This document shows positions 20,501 to 28,354 of a stretch of DNA of 64,000 nucleotides, piece by piece. The position numbers were made by a program, and so were the translations under genes. Source of the stretch: a virus (lineage: Duplodnaviria > Caudoviricetes). Location: positions 1 through 64,000 of IMG/VR virus record IMGVR_UViG_3300025018_000003; one strand, given 5' to 3'. The notes under the pieces were generated by a model. It searched no databases and was not told where the DNA came from. It saw only the letters and a program-made list of their open reading frames with translations. Each line of letters starts with the position of its first letter. Position 1 is the first letter of the stretch.

Positions 20501-23500
20501 GTCCTCTCTGTGGATGAACCGCGGCGAGCAGGCAGACGGCTCCTTCCTCTTCGAAAAGGTCGACCTGCTTGGTGACTCGAACTTCTACGAGTACGATGCC
20601 CGGGCAGAGGTCGCCACCTCGGCTTTCCCGGACAACAAGGCGGTGAAGGCCAAGCCTGTTCCGAAGGAGACGAAGAAGCGCGTCGTCAATCCGCCATCAA
20701 GATCCAAGTCGAACAGCAACACTGATCGGACTGGTAACCCGAACACCATCGAGATCGGGTTCTCCCAGGAGGTCCGGCACCTGACGTCCATCGATTACGC
20801 CACCCAGACCGGCAAGGAGCGGGCTCTTTACGCTCTGGACAACGTGCTGTCGTCGAAGATGCAGGCCATCATCCCGACCCTGAAGGCGTCCATCGGGCTC
20901 CTGTCGGATGACTTCGTCTTCGACATCCGTGATCCGCTGCCCGGGGTGGCCGCGGAAGAGTGGATTATCGGGCAGTTCCGGCCTGACACCAACGAAGTGG
21001 TGATGATGCAGAACCGGATCAACTCCACGGCACTGGCCGACAAGGTCGTGGTCCACGAGCTGATCCATGCAGTCACAGTCGCTGCCCTGAAGGACATGAA
21101 CAACCCTCTGGTCAGGAGACTGGAGGAGGTCATGGATGGTATCCTGGAGTCGCTCTCTGCGGATCCTGCCTTCCGTGAGGCCTACAATGAGATGGTCCGC
21201 AACATGCGCCTGCCCTACGACCAGCGCAGGCCCATGACCAACCATGAGCGGACGGTCCTCTACCCGTTGACCAACCGGTATGAGTTCCTGGCGGCCCTGT
21301 TCGAGAACCCGGAGTTCGTGGAGTCGATCAAGGACGTGAAGATTGACGGCAAGTCGGTGCTGGACACCATCATCGAATTGCTGACCAACATCATCTCCAG
21401 TGTGGCCAAGCAGATGGGAGTGGACATCCCGGTTGACAGTGCAGTCCGTGAAGCCATGGCTTTGTCTCTGCAGGTCTTCCCGGCCTCTGATGGACCGCGT
21501 GATGTCTCTCCTGAGCCTGAGCCCGATGCTCTGGACGACTTCCAGTACTATGGGGCCCGCTACAAGATCATGCTCCGGAGGTCCGGGGAGACGGTGTACC
21601 CCTACGATGTCGTGGGCTACAAAGGCAAGGCCGACAGAAAGATGCAGCTCCTCCAAGCCTACATGCAGAACCCTGATGTCGATCCCCAGAACGGCAAGCA
21701 GTGGCGGAATGCGCAGCCGGATGAAGACGTTGATGAAGAGACGGAGGTCCAGGACTTCGTCGACCTCTCAGGATCCATGCGGAAGACGTCGTTCTTTGCC
21801 AAGGACGCAGCCAAGGCCGCCCTGGCCAACAAGATGATCGGACGTGGATCTGAACGGTCCTCCAGCCAGGCCTACGCCGACGCAGCTGGTGACAAGGCCA
21901 ATGTGGGCTCGTACTCGGCAACTGACCGGGTCTTCATCACCGCGGAAGGTAATCGGGCTGGTCGTGTGGCTCCTGACTTCGAGGAAATCGACAGGGCCCT
22001 GGCCGCAGGTGCGACCATCATCACGGACAGCAAGGAGAACCGTGAGCGGGCCTTCAACCTCGGCGAGAGGGAAGTGGCCGAGCATCTGGCCAAGAAGGGG
22101 TACGAAGAGGTGGGAGCTGGTATCTGGAAGCCGAAGACTGGTAAGCCTGCCGTCACACCGACGGTGAAGCCGGAGCCTGCACCTCCTGACACCGGTGATG
22201 ACACCAAGTACGCTGACCTCGGGAACGGGCGCAAGGCCAACAAGCAGCAGCGCCAGGCTCTCAAGAAGCTGGACAAGTTCCTCTCGGGTGAGAAGCGCAT
22301 CTTCGTGCTGGTGGGCCGCGGTGGTACCGGCAAGACCACGATCATCGCCAAGGCACTGGAGATGGCCAAGGGTCGTGACATGGCTGGTGCAGTCATCTCT
22401 CACGCGGCAGCCAACCAGTTGCGCAACTCCATCCCGGAGACGATGACGGTGGCGAGCCTCCTGGGTATCAAGCTCGACGAGGTCGAAGGCACCTTCCGCA
22501 TCGACGAGTGGGCCCGCAAGCAGTACGGGATCCCCATCGAGAAGCTGGACGTCATCGTCATCGACGAGACTTCGATGATCTCGAAGGGGATCATGGAGGA
22601 GATGCTGAAGCACATGAAGCCCAAGGCGAAGATCATCTTCATGGGCGACAACGTGCAGATTCCGCCGATCTCCAACGATCCTGCGGATGCCATCCAGTCC
22701 TCCACTTTCGATGCAGCCCGTGGAGAGGAGTTCCACAAGCTCACGGAGCGCATGCGGTCTGGTGAGAACCACCCGCTTGTGCCCATCTCCGACCTGCTGG
22801 CAGAGAACATCGAGTCGAAGAATCCGGAGCTGCGTGCCATCAAGATGATGCACCGGAAGACTAAGGTCGACAAGGACGGCAACGGCATCATCTTCGAGTC
22901 TGACGTGGACAAGGTGATCGAAGCGTACCTGGCTGACCTTGCCCGGATGGGTGAATCCGCGGATCCTCTGCGCTGGGCACGCATCGTGACCTTCAACAAC
23001 CACAACCACCCGAATGCTCAGTCGGTCATGAGTCTGAACACCCTGATCCGTGAGCGGATCTACGGTGAGCAGGCGGCCAAGGCCCGGTTCATCCCCGGGG
23101 AGATCATCACCACCTACGCTCCGTACAACGGAGAACAGGTTGGAGACAGCCCCAAGTACGGGCAGACCGAGAACACGGTGTCTTTCAAGGTCGTATCCTT
23201 GTCTGAGCCGCGGCCTCTCCGCATCAACGAGCACATCATGTACCGCGGAGAGCGCTTCAGCGCCGTCGGCAGTGTCATGATGCAGGAGTTGACGGTGGAG
23301 GACGAGAAGGGCAAGACCCAGATCTTCCCTGTCGTGGCCACCGGATATGAGTCCGAGTACAAGAAGTTCGTCGCCGACGCCATGGGCACTGGAGAACGGC
23401 GTGCTCCTGGAGGCCTGTTCTACAAGATCTCGGCACACTTCCTGGACGCTCAACCTGCGTACGCAATCACTGCCCACAAGGCTCAGGGCCAGACCTTCAC

Positions 23501-23888
23501 AAATGTGGTGGTCATGGAGGACAACATCCTCGGCCAGTCCAACGGCAACAGCATTCGGGCCAAGAACCAGATCCTTTACACCGCCATCACGAGGGCCAGC
23601 CATAAGGTGACCATCCACTCGGTGGTGAACAAGGGAGAGACCCACTCATACAAGCCGACGAAGAGAGAGCAGACGGACCTGCCTGATCGACCCTCTGTGG
23701 GAGAGTCTCTGGCAGACAGCACGCCGCCGAACATGCAGGACCTCAAGGAGGAAAGCCCCTTCCTGATGCCAGCCTCTCTCGATTTCGGTATAACCATTGA
23801 TGTGGTCATGCGTCAGATGACCAAGGAGCAGCGTGAGCTGTTCCGGAAGTTGCGCAACGAAGGCTTCATCACAACGAAGTGTCAGTAG
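14598..23888 (+). CDS. Virion-encapsidated RNA polymerase (crAss/phi14:2 gp66-like) fused to zincin-like and RecD/Dda-like SF1 helicase domains, 3096 aa
   Basis: RIPNQGHSSM and GSDFDIDKL (~18585) are the crAss vRNAP catalytic motifs; HELIH at ~21054; Walker A GRGGTGKTT at ~22314, then DETSM, GDNVQIPP, YAITAHKAQGQTF and LYTAITRAS. Confidence 0.9.
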   Translation: MSKCLNGIESIEFDSPVERQRFQVFLELYNELDLAYEAYLAEKVERDTVLAEELGKYTIPGFTPEQQYQTIAGITQALGTAIFEEIEKSDDAEAQVEKVFLEEYNAFRKKLTLAHKDGKVALTNEYLKIVRNWGMIEGMVLDNLRALGLRISRKKVTPTEEEAVVDVHTDANLELLEQVKQQLDEEERSEEGELVAEGEESIYERTKWDDAARFEIQAKDTATARLRLFMARVPEMMIGEDGKPAPRYGYLGMQRYVPFDTIWENTTAYLSEMDPDFEAYVGALQDSGNPNLQQLATLLSTADERIKAEFMTAMSKSYIDMLMVTWAPRWKGGKIIGYSMKLMRSNRHSVTDTIIQSWITNQQTSPLVTFQNGEMVIDQNTVKAIEERYTKRWETLRNLAQEGPMVELFQETLAAMGITMEKGQIYRFKGQIEKIMGGTWRYHLDPTEDKSFIRNLLDGFKPQELTGEETEGDDADRQDAEENYGLFGVNNPLIGTKGGRIQKLAKFVADNTDHLMTPSYRDIEKKQVHPYQDNHLLSTTIRKLRNGPEHAATMMQSTFSSRSLWGKELQESQTNRNRLSMQYMDGMRKRGSRRAQKRKNMSEAEQHLYALGLFQGAQHTRVGKDRVMASFVTPTHSDKTVSPIVSFIKRNIKVTIEEGKVVDLSEDTMDIMMNAVKAEAERIIYFQEHLEGNMGDQFEAYQKGAKKFFLSPWLNKDQMSPADAAVVWGPDGSLLMTDEAMAVMERLTKAAFIAEIQATVDQWHDQGVIVKGDDGEVTPLMNQQYLDRHAKYKATKDKIAYAAADYVLNYAVFYAEHFMLISGDPAIHFKKDVETTLDNIQKRLAKDIAPVLQGKWASDDTFRKVTIGDREIDSAERDAYHKLLGADFYKQITTTDAQEYTTLEEHIRVMRSYGRISEQVFNSILAKIEANRGGYFELTNEERDIILQPMKPLTVNVKHLDFIEVNGQQVPVHINNIVYTKSSSIPLVPELTKGLQIDKLRVAMENEKVDRAAHVSADKLGVSKSVKVYTGAGTVKDEIKFGREAIQILSRTGFGLQQELPVKKLEIATVSQMNKLLFEGIRSVSGFKFYSKEYTGKELESLKEDIRKRLFEAGDEALRRELGLVPNGDGSYRFTNLKTVQQVLLREAKNRGWSKADIESLALTKDGQSFIIPLAFSHASRQIESLLLSMIKRSITHQKVFGKGLVQASSAGFDSVGGATNIVWVKDHDPKQRLRHQRTGKNGEVLPAQIIVPWYFKGVNLKDYVIEDENGHKILDFEKLDPEVLKMIGARIPNQGHSSMGAFEIVGFTDPAYKSMAIVPDEIVAQMGSDFDIDKLYAYLSQYEIDKETGKISRLTLEKDPSNKMTVQQLKQVYADIHWAVLMHPEVMKKVMLPLERPDLKSEKQKIRDARGESGTLSPLFVRKQIADHIKNRAGKELVATFSLFSTAQSVLQEYNLRFDVDPMGTSISDAFVFGGKHFYKLSGNGVSYYNGEVRTKAQNIASLQSAAVDNAKENLLGFLNLNMITAPVAGLMAMLETDNGEALSLAYIARFLSQPAIVSAVDQISLMRSSLRTEWAEDSMAYAVDVTISKMFEELSGTTGASASGKSFSEGQLLEMIEKWAKRDTLTPEEQQELMADQVQVLEIFKALMGGAEDFGSFRKALLHADSNGAGKSMPQMRDQMEAWANLDSHGITFDQALYESEYYKAGEHALLNGHKYFSQLFAYSSPFFLKTKEILEDSVGLAFSPDDVQDLMSSARSLFYTQTTSFGDAAAERARLTVGENSLAKRVKAAKQTEWGSQNYFIQRLQPSISRTEGKPDFVNYQNSKAARLDEEEILRALSGMITSPDLAQRQLAYDLVAYAYLTGGRFGPTSYARHIPMAFLKYVKFDEQLRNMSMDDTILAHRFVEQYLQHNPTLAKDVRKNKEIMKRIRKGNQVLIHPDEIGIREVKAPDGGLVRAFYVSKARGASSLWMNRGEQADGSFLFEKVDLLGDSNFYEYDARAEVATSAFPDNKAVKAKPVPKETKKRVVNPPSRSKSNSNTDRTGNPNTIEIGFSQEVRHLTSIDYATQTGKERALYALDNVLSSKMQAIIPTLKASIGLLSDDFVFDIRDPLPGVAAEEWIIGQFRPDTNEVVMMQNRINSTALADKVVVHELIHAVTVAALKDMNNPLVRRLEEVMDGILESLSADPAFREAYNEMVRNMRLPYDQRRPMTNHERTVLYPLTNRYEFLAALFENPEFVESIKDVKIDGKSVLDTIIELLTNIISSVAKQMGVDIPVDSAVREAMALSLQVFPASDGPRDVSPEPEPDALDDFQYYGARYKIMLRRSGETVYPYDVVGYKGKADRKMQLLQAYMQNPDVDPQNGKQWRNAQPDEDVDEETEVQDFVDLSGSMRKTSFFAKDAAKAALANKMIGRGSERSSSQAYADAAGDKANVGSYSATDRVFITAEGNRAGRVAPDFEEIDRALAAGATIITDSKENRERAFNLGEREVAEHLAKKGYEEVGAGIWKPKTGKPAVTPTVKPEPAPPDTGDDTKYADLGNGRKANKQQRQALKKLDKFLSGEKRIFVLVGRGGTGKTTIIAKALEMAKGRDMAGAVISHAAANQLRNSIPETMTVASLLGIKLDEVEGTFRIDEWARKQYGIPIEKLDVIVIDETSMISKGIMEEMLKHMKPKAKIIFMGDNVQIPPISNDPADAIQSSTFDAARGEEFHKLTERMRSGENHPLVPISDLLAENIESKNPELRAIKMMHRKTKVDKDGNGIIFESDVDKVIEAYLADLARMGESADPLRWARIVTFNNHNHPNAQSVMSLNTLIRERIYGEQAAKARFIPGEIITTYAPYNGEQVGDSPKYGQTENTVSFKVVSLSEPRPLRINEHIMYRGERFSAVGSVMMQELTVEDEKGKTQIFPVVATGYESEYKKFVADAMGTGERRAPGGLFYKISAHFLDAQPAYAITAHKAQGQTFTNVVVMEDNILGQSNGNSIRAKNQILYTAITRASHKVTIHSVVNKGETHSYKPTKREQTDLPDRPSVGESLADSTPPNMQDLKEESPFLMPASLDFGITIDVVMRQMTKEQRELFRKLRNEGFITTKCQ

Positions 23889-26800
23889 ATGAGCTGCTCC
23901 ATCGTCGATGTTCTGGCTCCCAACGGAGAGCCCTCACTCCTCTTCCAGGATCTCCTCAACACGGTAGGGGACCCATCCCGGGCCCTCTCCCTGTACCTGG
24001 ATCTCAAACTGGCCGGACCAGGTGAGGCCAGGGTGGACGAGAACGGGGAGGTGCGGCTGGCTGGTGTGCTCAACAACTCCGGTCTGAGTCCGGTAGAGGT
24101 GGACGCATTCCTGTCCCACCGTCCGGATGTCCATTCCATGCCTGCAGCTGGACCGGCGAAGGAGTCCAAGACCCGCAGACGCCGGATGACCCTCCCTGAG
24201 GAGGTCGTGGGTGTGGAGCGGATGATCAACCTGACCATCAACCGGATCAAGGACGCCAGGGATGCGGCGAAGGACTCGGACGTCAAGGCTACGTTCACCG
24301 ATCAGTTGGCTAAGCTGAAGGACCAGAGGAACAGGATCTTCTGGTCTGACACGCTGGATCCGCTGAAGAAGGTGGCTGAAGAGCAGCTGCAGTGGGCTGA
24401 GAAGATCATCAGCTCCCGGAATCCTTCGAAGCAGAGCCTCAGGCTGGCCATCGATCTCGTGAATGCGTGGTCCTGGGAAACCACCAGCGCCTTCCTCTCA
24501 CCTGGGAACGACGTTGCAGACTCCCTGTGGGCCGAGACCTTCTCTGAGATCTCCGAGCAAGCCCACCGTCTCACGCTGAGCGTGAACGCGGCCATCGTCA
24601 AGAACATCCAGAAGACGATGCGGCGGTCTGGCATCGAGGTCACGACCAGTGAGCTGACCACTCAGTACGAGATCGGCTTCCTGCGCCGGACCCTGTTCGA
24701 CCTCTCCACGGTGGACAGCAAGCTGGCCCAGTGGATCGATGGTACCCTGAAGCGTGCTGCCAGGAACCAGGCCGAGAACCTGCGCCAGATCTCCAGGAAG
24801 CTCGGAGAGATGTCGGAGGGTGTGGACCAATCGAAGCTTCTGCAGCGGGACTTGCTGGGCAACTTGACAGGCAACCTGATCACGCCGTACTCGGCTGCCT
24901 ACCTGGAGGATCTCCGCCGGGCCCAGTGGTCTCTGCAGATCAAACTGGACAACGCCGCCCGGGCCTCGACTCCTGAGGCTTCGGACACTCTGGCCGCGGC
25001 TGCCTACCGGACCCACTACTCCCGCAGGCGCAACGTCGACATCGCCATCGACATCCGGAAGCTGCGTGACCCGGCATCCCGGGCTGCCTACGAGCAGTAC
25101 CTCGTGGACCAGCTGGGCCCAGATGCCGCGGACAACGCCATCGATGATGCTGAGCGTGCATACACCGACTACCTCAACGAGAAGGACGAGGCACGGTCTC
25201 GGTTCATGTCTGAGGTCACCGGTGGGACGGCAGAGCTGAAGATCGTTGGGGGCAAGCGGGAACTGAACAGCGAGTACGTGGAGCGCCGTATGAAAGAGTG
25301 GGAGCAGGCCAACTCCCCGGAACAGTACATGTCTGAGTTCTACGGCAAGGGACTCAAGCAGTATCTCTCCACCGACGGCCACCGGTTTGCTGTCCACGTC
25401 CCGCGAAAGACCAACGCAGCTGGACAGACAACCAACTACTACGACTCCGCCTACGACAACCTCACGGAGAAGGAGCGCGAGTTCCTGGACTACGTCCTCA
25501 CGTTGTCCTCGAACCTCCTCTCGTACCTGCCCTCCAGTCTGACCCGGGATCTGGGTGCAGGATTCCTTCCCGTTGTCCAGAAGACACTGACCGAGCGGGT
25601 GCTCGGGAACGGCAGCTGGGCTGACCTCGACATGAAGGGCGGATTTGATCAGGCCAGGGAAGAGCTGCTCAGCTCTTTCGTGGACCAGCAGGTCGTCGCC
25701 CTCGGCAAGCAGCAGGAGAAGGCCCGGAAGACGGTGAACCCGGCCACCGGTGACGAGATCAGGAAGATTCCTGTCGGCTTCATCCAGCACGGTAATGTGC
25801 GGCGGAAAAAAGGGGAAAGCGACGAAGCCTTCTCCAAGAGGGTCCAGGAGGCCATGGATGGACGGAGCTTCGACATCGTGCGTGTGATGGAGATGTTTGC
25901 TGGCATGTCCATCAACTACCACCACATGTCCCAGGTCGAGGACAAGGTGTTGCTGGCCCAGCGCATCGTGAATGAGGCTGAGGAGGCACGTCGTCGTGGT
26001 GGGAGCCCTGTCTACGACTTCACCGGCAAACTGGTGACCCGTCGGGATGGACGTACCCACCTCAAGGACATGGTCCAGTACGCTATCGATGGCATGCTGT
26101 ACGGCCAGAAGAGGAAGGAAGACGAGTGGGTGACCAATACCGCGGTCTACTCCCTCAATCCGCTGACCAACCACAAGAAGTCCCGGCAGGCCTCCGAGAT
26201 CCGACGTCAGGCCAACCTGCTGGACCAGCAGCGTGACGAGGGCACCATCGATGAGAAGGCCTACAAGGAAGCCCGGGGAGCGCTGGAAAAGCAGTACCTG
26301 GAGCTGAATGGTCGTCGTCTCTCCGTCGGGAAGTCCCTGGACAACCTGCTGAAGTTCACGCAAGCCAAGGGGATGGGCTGGAACCTGACAGCAGGCATCG
26401 CCAACGTCGGCTTCGGTGTCCTTTCGAACGTGATCCACTCGGCGGCCAACGTCGACTTCAACGAGACCGAGCTGCTGACTGCCACTCGGATCATGCTCAA
26501 GGCCCGGACGAATCCCAAGTCCAAGGCCGCGGCGATCATCAAGCTGCTGGACGTCCTCTTCGAGATCACGGAGATCGGTTACGGTAAGAACGCTGAGCGG
26601 GCCAAGTTCAAGAAGATCAGCTGGATCACGAATCCCTTCGAAGTCCAGCGCCGTACAGAGTTCTTCCTGCAGGGCACGTCTGTCGTGGCTCAGCTCCTGC
26701 ACCAGAAGATGAAGGACAAGGATGGGAACGAAGTCTCCCTGTGGGACGCGTTCACCAACGAAGGAGAGTGGGACGTCGAGAAGATGGGCCCGCAACCGGC

Positions 26801-27575
26801 GGAGTGGAAGTTCAGACTGGACTCGGATGAGCAGAACGAGTTCACGAAGACTCGTGACCGCATCATTGGGGTCAACAAGAAGCTCCACGGTAACTACGAC
26901 CCCAACTCCCTGGTCGAGGCCAAGAAGTGGGTGGCCGGGCGCATGCTCCTCATGTTCCGGTCCTGGATGGCTGAAGGATTCGAGTGGCGCTTTGCCCACG
27001 AGCACTTCGACCAGCAGCTTGGCCGCACCATCAAGGGTCGCTGGCTCTCCTACCGTGACCTGGCCCGGGAGCATGGTGCAGGCAAGACAGCCCAGCTCAT
27101 GCTGCGCATGTTGCTCAACAAGAAGGGCCAGTTGGCCATCGAAGGGAAGCCGCTCAGTGAGTTGGACATGCAGAACATGCGGTCCAACATCATGGAGATC
27201 CAGTTTTACATCGCGTTGACCGCCTTGACGGTCATGTTGAAGGCCGGTCTGCAGGACGACGACGAGGAAGAAGAAGGATTGGGGATTGCAACTGCCCGAA
27301 TCCTGATCTCCCAGCTGTACAGAGTCGAGGCGGACATCGTGTTCTACGCCTCTCCGGACACCATGCTGGAGATCTCGAAGAACTCGATCCCTGCCATGAA
27401 GACCATTGCGGACTTCCAGGCGGCCATGTCCTCATCGATTGCCTACATCCGGAAGGGAGAGGAGTACACCGGTCTGGATCCCTGGTACAAGTGGATGAAG
27501 GCCTTCCCGATTGGGACGCAGGGCTACAAGATGTGGTACATGGGTACCCACGACGTCAACTGGGGCGACCTCTAA
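23889..27575 (+). CDS. Large ejection/cargo protein, 1228 aa
   Basis: Abuts the vRNAP stop. N-terminal MSCSIVDVLAPNGEPSLLFQDL; C-terminal LHGNYD...GRMLLMFRSWMAEGFEWRF...GRTIKGRW motifs, recalled from terminal cargo proteins of crAss-like phages. Confidence 0.75.
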   Translation: MSCSIVDVLAPNGEPSLLFQDLLNTVGDPSRALSLYLDLKLAGPGEARVDENGEVRLAGVLNNSGLSPVEVDAFLSHRPDVHSMPAAGPAKESKTRRRRMTLPEEVVGVERMINLTINRIKDARDAAKDSDVKATFTDQLAKLKDQRNRIFWSDTLDPLKKVAEEQLQWAEKIISSRNPSKQSLRLAIDLVNAWSWETTSAFLSPGNDVADSLWAETFSEISEQAHRLTLSVNAAIVKNIQKTMRRSGIEVTTSELTTQYEIGFLRRTLFDLSTVDSKLAQWIDGTLKRAARNQAENLRQISRKLGEMSEGVDQSKLLQRDLLGNLTGNLITPYSAAYLEDLRRAQWSLQIKLDNAARASTPEASDTLAAAAYRTHYSRRRNVDIAIDIRKLRDPASRAAYEQYLVDQLGPDAADNAIDDAERAYTDYLNEKDEARSRFMSEVTGGTAELKIVGGKRELNSEYVERRMKEWEQANSPEQYMSEFYGKGLKQYLSTDGHRFAVHVPRKTNAAGQTTNYYDSAYDNLTEKEREFLDYVLTLSSNLLSYLPSSLTRDLGAGFLPVVQKTLTERVLGNGSWADLDMKGGFDQAREELLSSFVDQQVVALGKQQEKARKTVNPATGDEIRKIPVGFIQHGNVRRKKGESDEAFSKRVQEAMDGRSFDIVRVMEMFAGMSINYHHMSQVEDKVLLAQRIVNEAEEARRRGGSPVYDFTGKLVTRRDGRTHLKDMVQYAIDGMLYGQKRKEDEWVTNTAVYSLNPLTNHKKSRQASEIRRQANLLDQQRDEGTIDEKAYKEARGALEKQYLELNGRRLSVGKSLDNLLKFTQAKGMGWNLTAGIANVGFGVLSNVIHSAANVDFNETELLTATRIMLKARTNPKSKAAAIIKLLDVLFEITEIGYGKNAERAKFKKISWITNPFEVQRRTEFFLQGTSVVAQLLHQKMKDKDGNEVSLWDAFTNEGEWDVEKMGPQPAEWKFRLDSDEQNEFTKTRDRIIGVNKKLHGNYDPNSLVEAKKWVAGRMLLMFRSWMAEGFEWRFAHEHFDQQLGRTIKGRWLSYRDLAREHGAGKTAQLMLRMLLNKKGQLAIEGKPLSELDMQNMRSNIMEIQFYIALTALTVMLKAGLQDDDEEEEGLGIATARILISQLYRVEADIVFYASPDTMLEISKNSIPAMKTIADFQAAMSSSIAYIRKGEEYTGLDPWYKWMKAFPIGTQGYKMWYMGTHDVNWGDL

Positions 27576-27594
27576 AATCCGTGACAGGAGGCTG

Positions 27595-27631
27595 AAAAAA
27601 GGGGACCCCCCGCGGATGCGGAGAGTCCCCT
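27595..27631 (-). terminator. Intrinsic terminator at the convergence of the two transcription blocks
   Basis: A6 followed by the hairpin GGGGAC-CC-CCGC-GGAT-GCGG-AGA-GTCCCC gives a hairpin plus U6 on the - strand; it may be bidirectional. Confidence 0.7.
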
Positions 27632-27671
27632 CGCTGGACCCCGTCTCACCAACCTTGCCGTGCGGCAAGTC

Positions 27672-27998
27672 TCAGAGGCCCTGGAACGGATCCTGCAGAA
27701 GGTCCAGTATCTCCTGCAGTGACTTGTGCTTCGTCCAGTTACCGTTGCGATTTACGATGAAGAAGGAAGGCCCGTAGACACGGATGACCATGTCCAGGGT
27801 CGCAGGGCACGAGAGGGCGATGCTCCAGTACGGCTTCTTGCCTGCTGGTACCTCTCGCTCAGACATCCATTGGATCCCCTGCAAGGGTCCACGGAAGCGT
27901 CCAGAGGACGTGGCTCGGATGTAGATGTCGTAGGCAATCTCCTCGGTCTTCTTGACCTTGGCTACCTGTGCGGCATCCGACGTATAGTTCGGGTCCAT
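27672..27998 (-). CDS. Hypothetical protein, 108 aa
   Basis: Typical codon usage; last gene of the - strand block. Confidence 0.6.
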   Translation of the reverse strand: MDPNYTSDAAQVAKVKKTEEIAYDIYIRATSSGRFRGPLQGIQWMSEREVPAGKKPYWSIALSCPATLDMVIRVYGPSFFIVNRNGNWTKHKSLQEILDLLQDPFQGL

Positions 27999-28038
27999 GA
28001 AAGATGACAGTCCTTACTCGGACTGTTGGGTTATCTAC

Positions 28039-28272
28039 TCAGAGTAGGTAGACCGAGGAGGGAGAGAGCCGGATCTCCTGTTCGTCCTCATCGAAGTCCA
28101 GTTCAGACTCGAAGGAATCATCGCCGCGTGCCAGCGACAGGATCTCGTTGCCGTACTCTTCCAGAAGGGCCGCGCACAATGGGTGGCCGCTTGGGAAGAA
28201 GGCTTCCATCTCTCCCTCCTCATGGTCCACCCTGAGGGGACCCAGGACCTGATGTGTGATGTACGTGGTCAT
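28039..28272 (-). CDS. Small acidic hypothetical protein
   Basis: MTTYITHQVLGPLRV...DSFESELDFDEDEQEIRL; its start overlaps the stop of a 24-aa upstream ORF. Confidence 0.55.
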   Translation of the reverse strand: MTTYITHQVLGPLRVDHEEGEMEAFFPSGHPLCAALLEEYGNEILSLARGDDSFESELDFDEDEQEIRLSPSSVYLL

Positions 28273-28354
28273 ACACACGAAAAGGCAAATCCTGGACCAG
28301 ATCCCTCATTCTCCATCCTCGGATGTGAAATGTAGGTGCTCATGGCCGAAAGGG

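Noticed and set aside
1396-26569. Many very long antisense ORFs (e.g. 906, 924, 779, 858 aa) in the ORF track
   Set aside because: They are shadows of GC3-biased sense genes (few antisense stops), with V/L/D/G-rich composition and no motifs.
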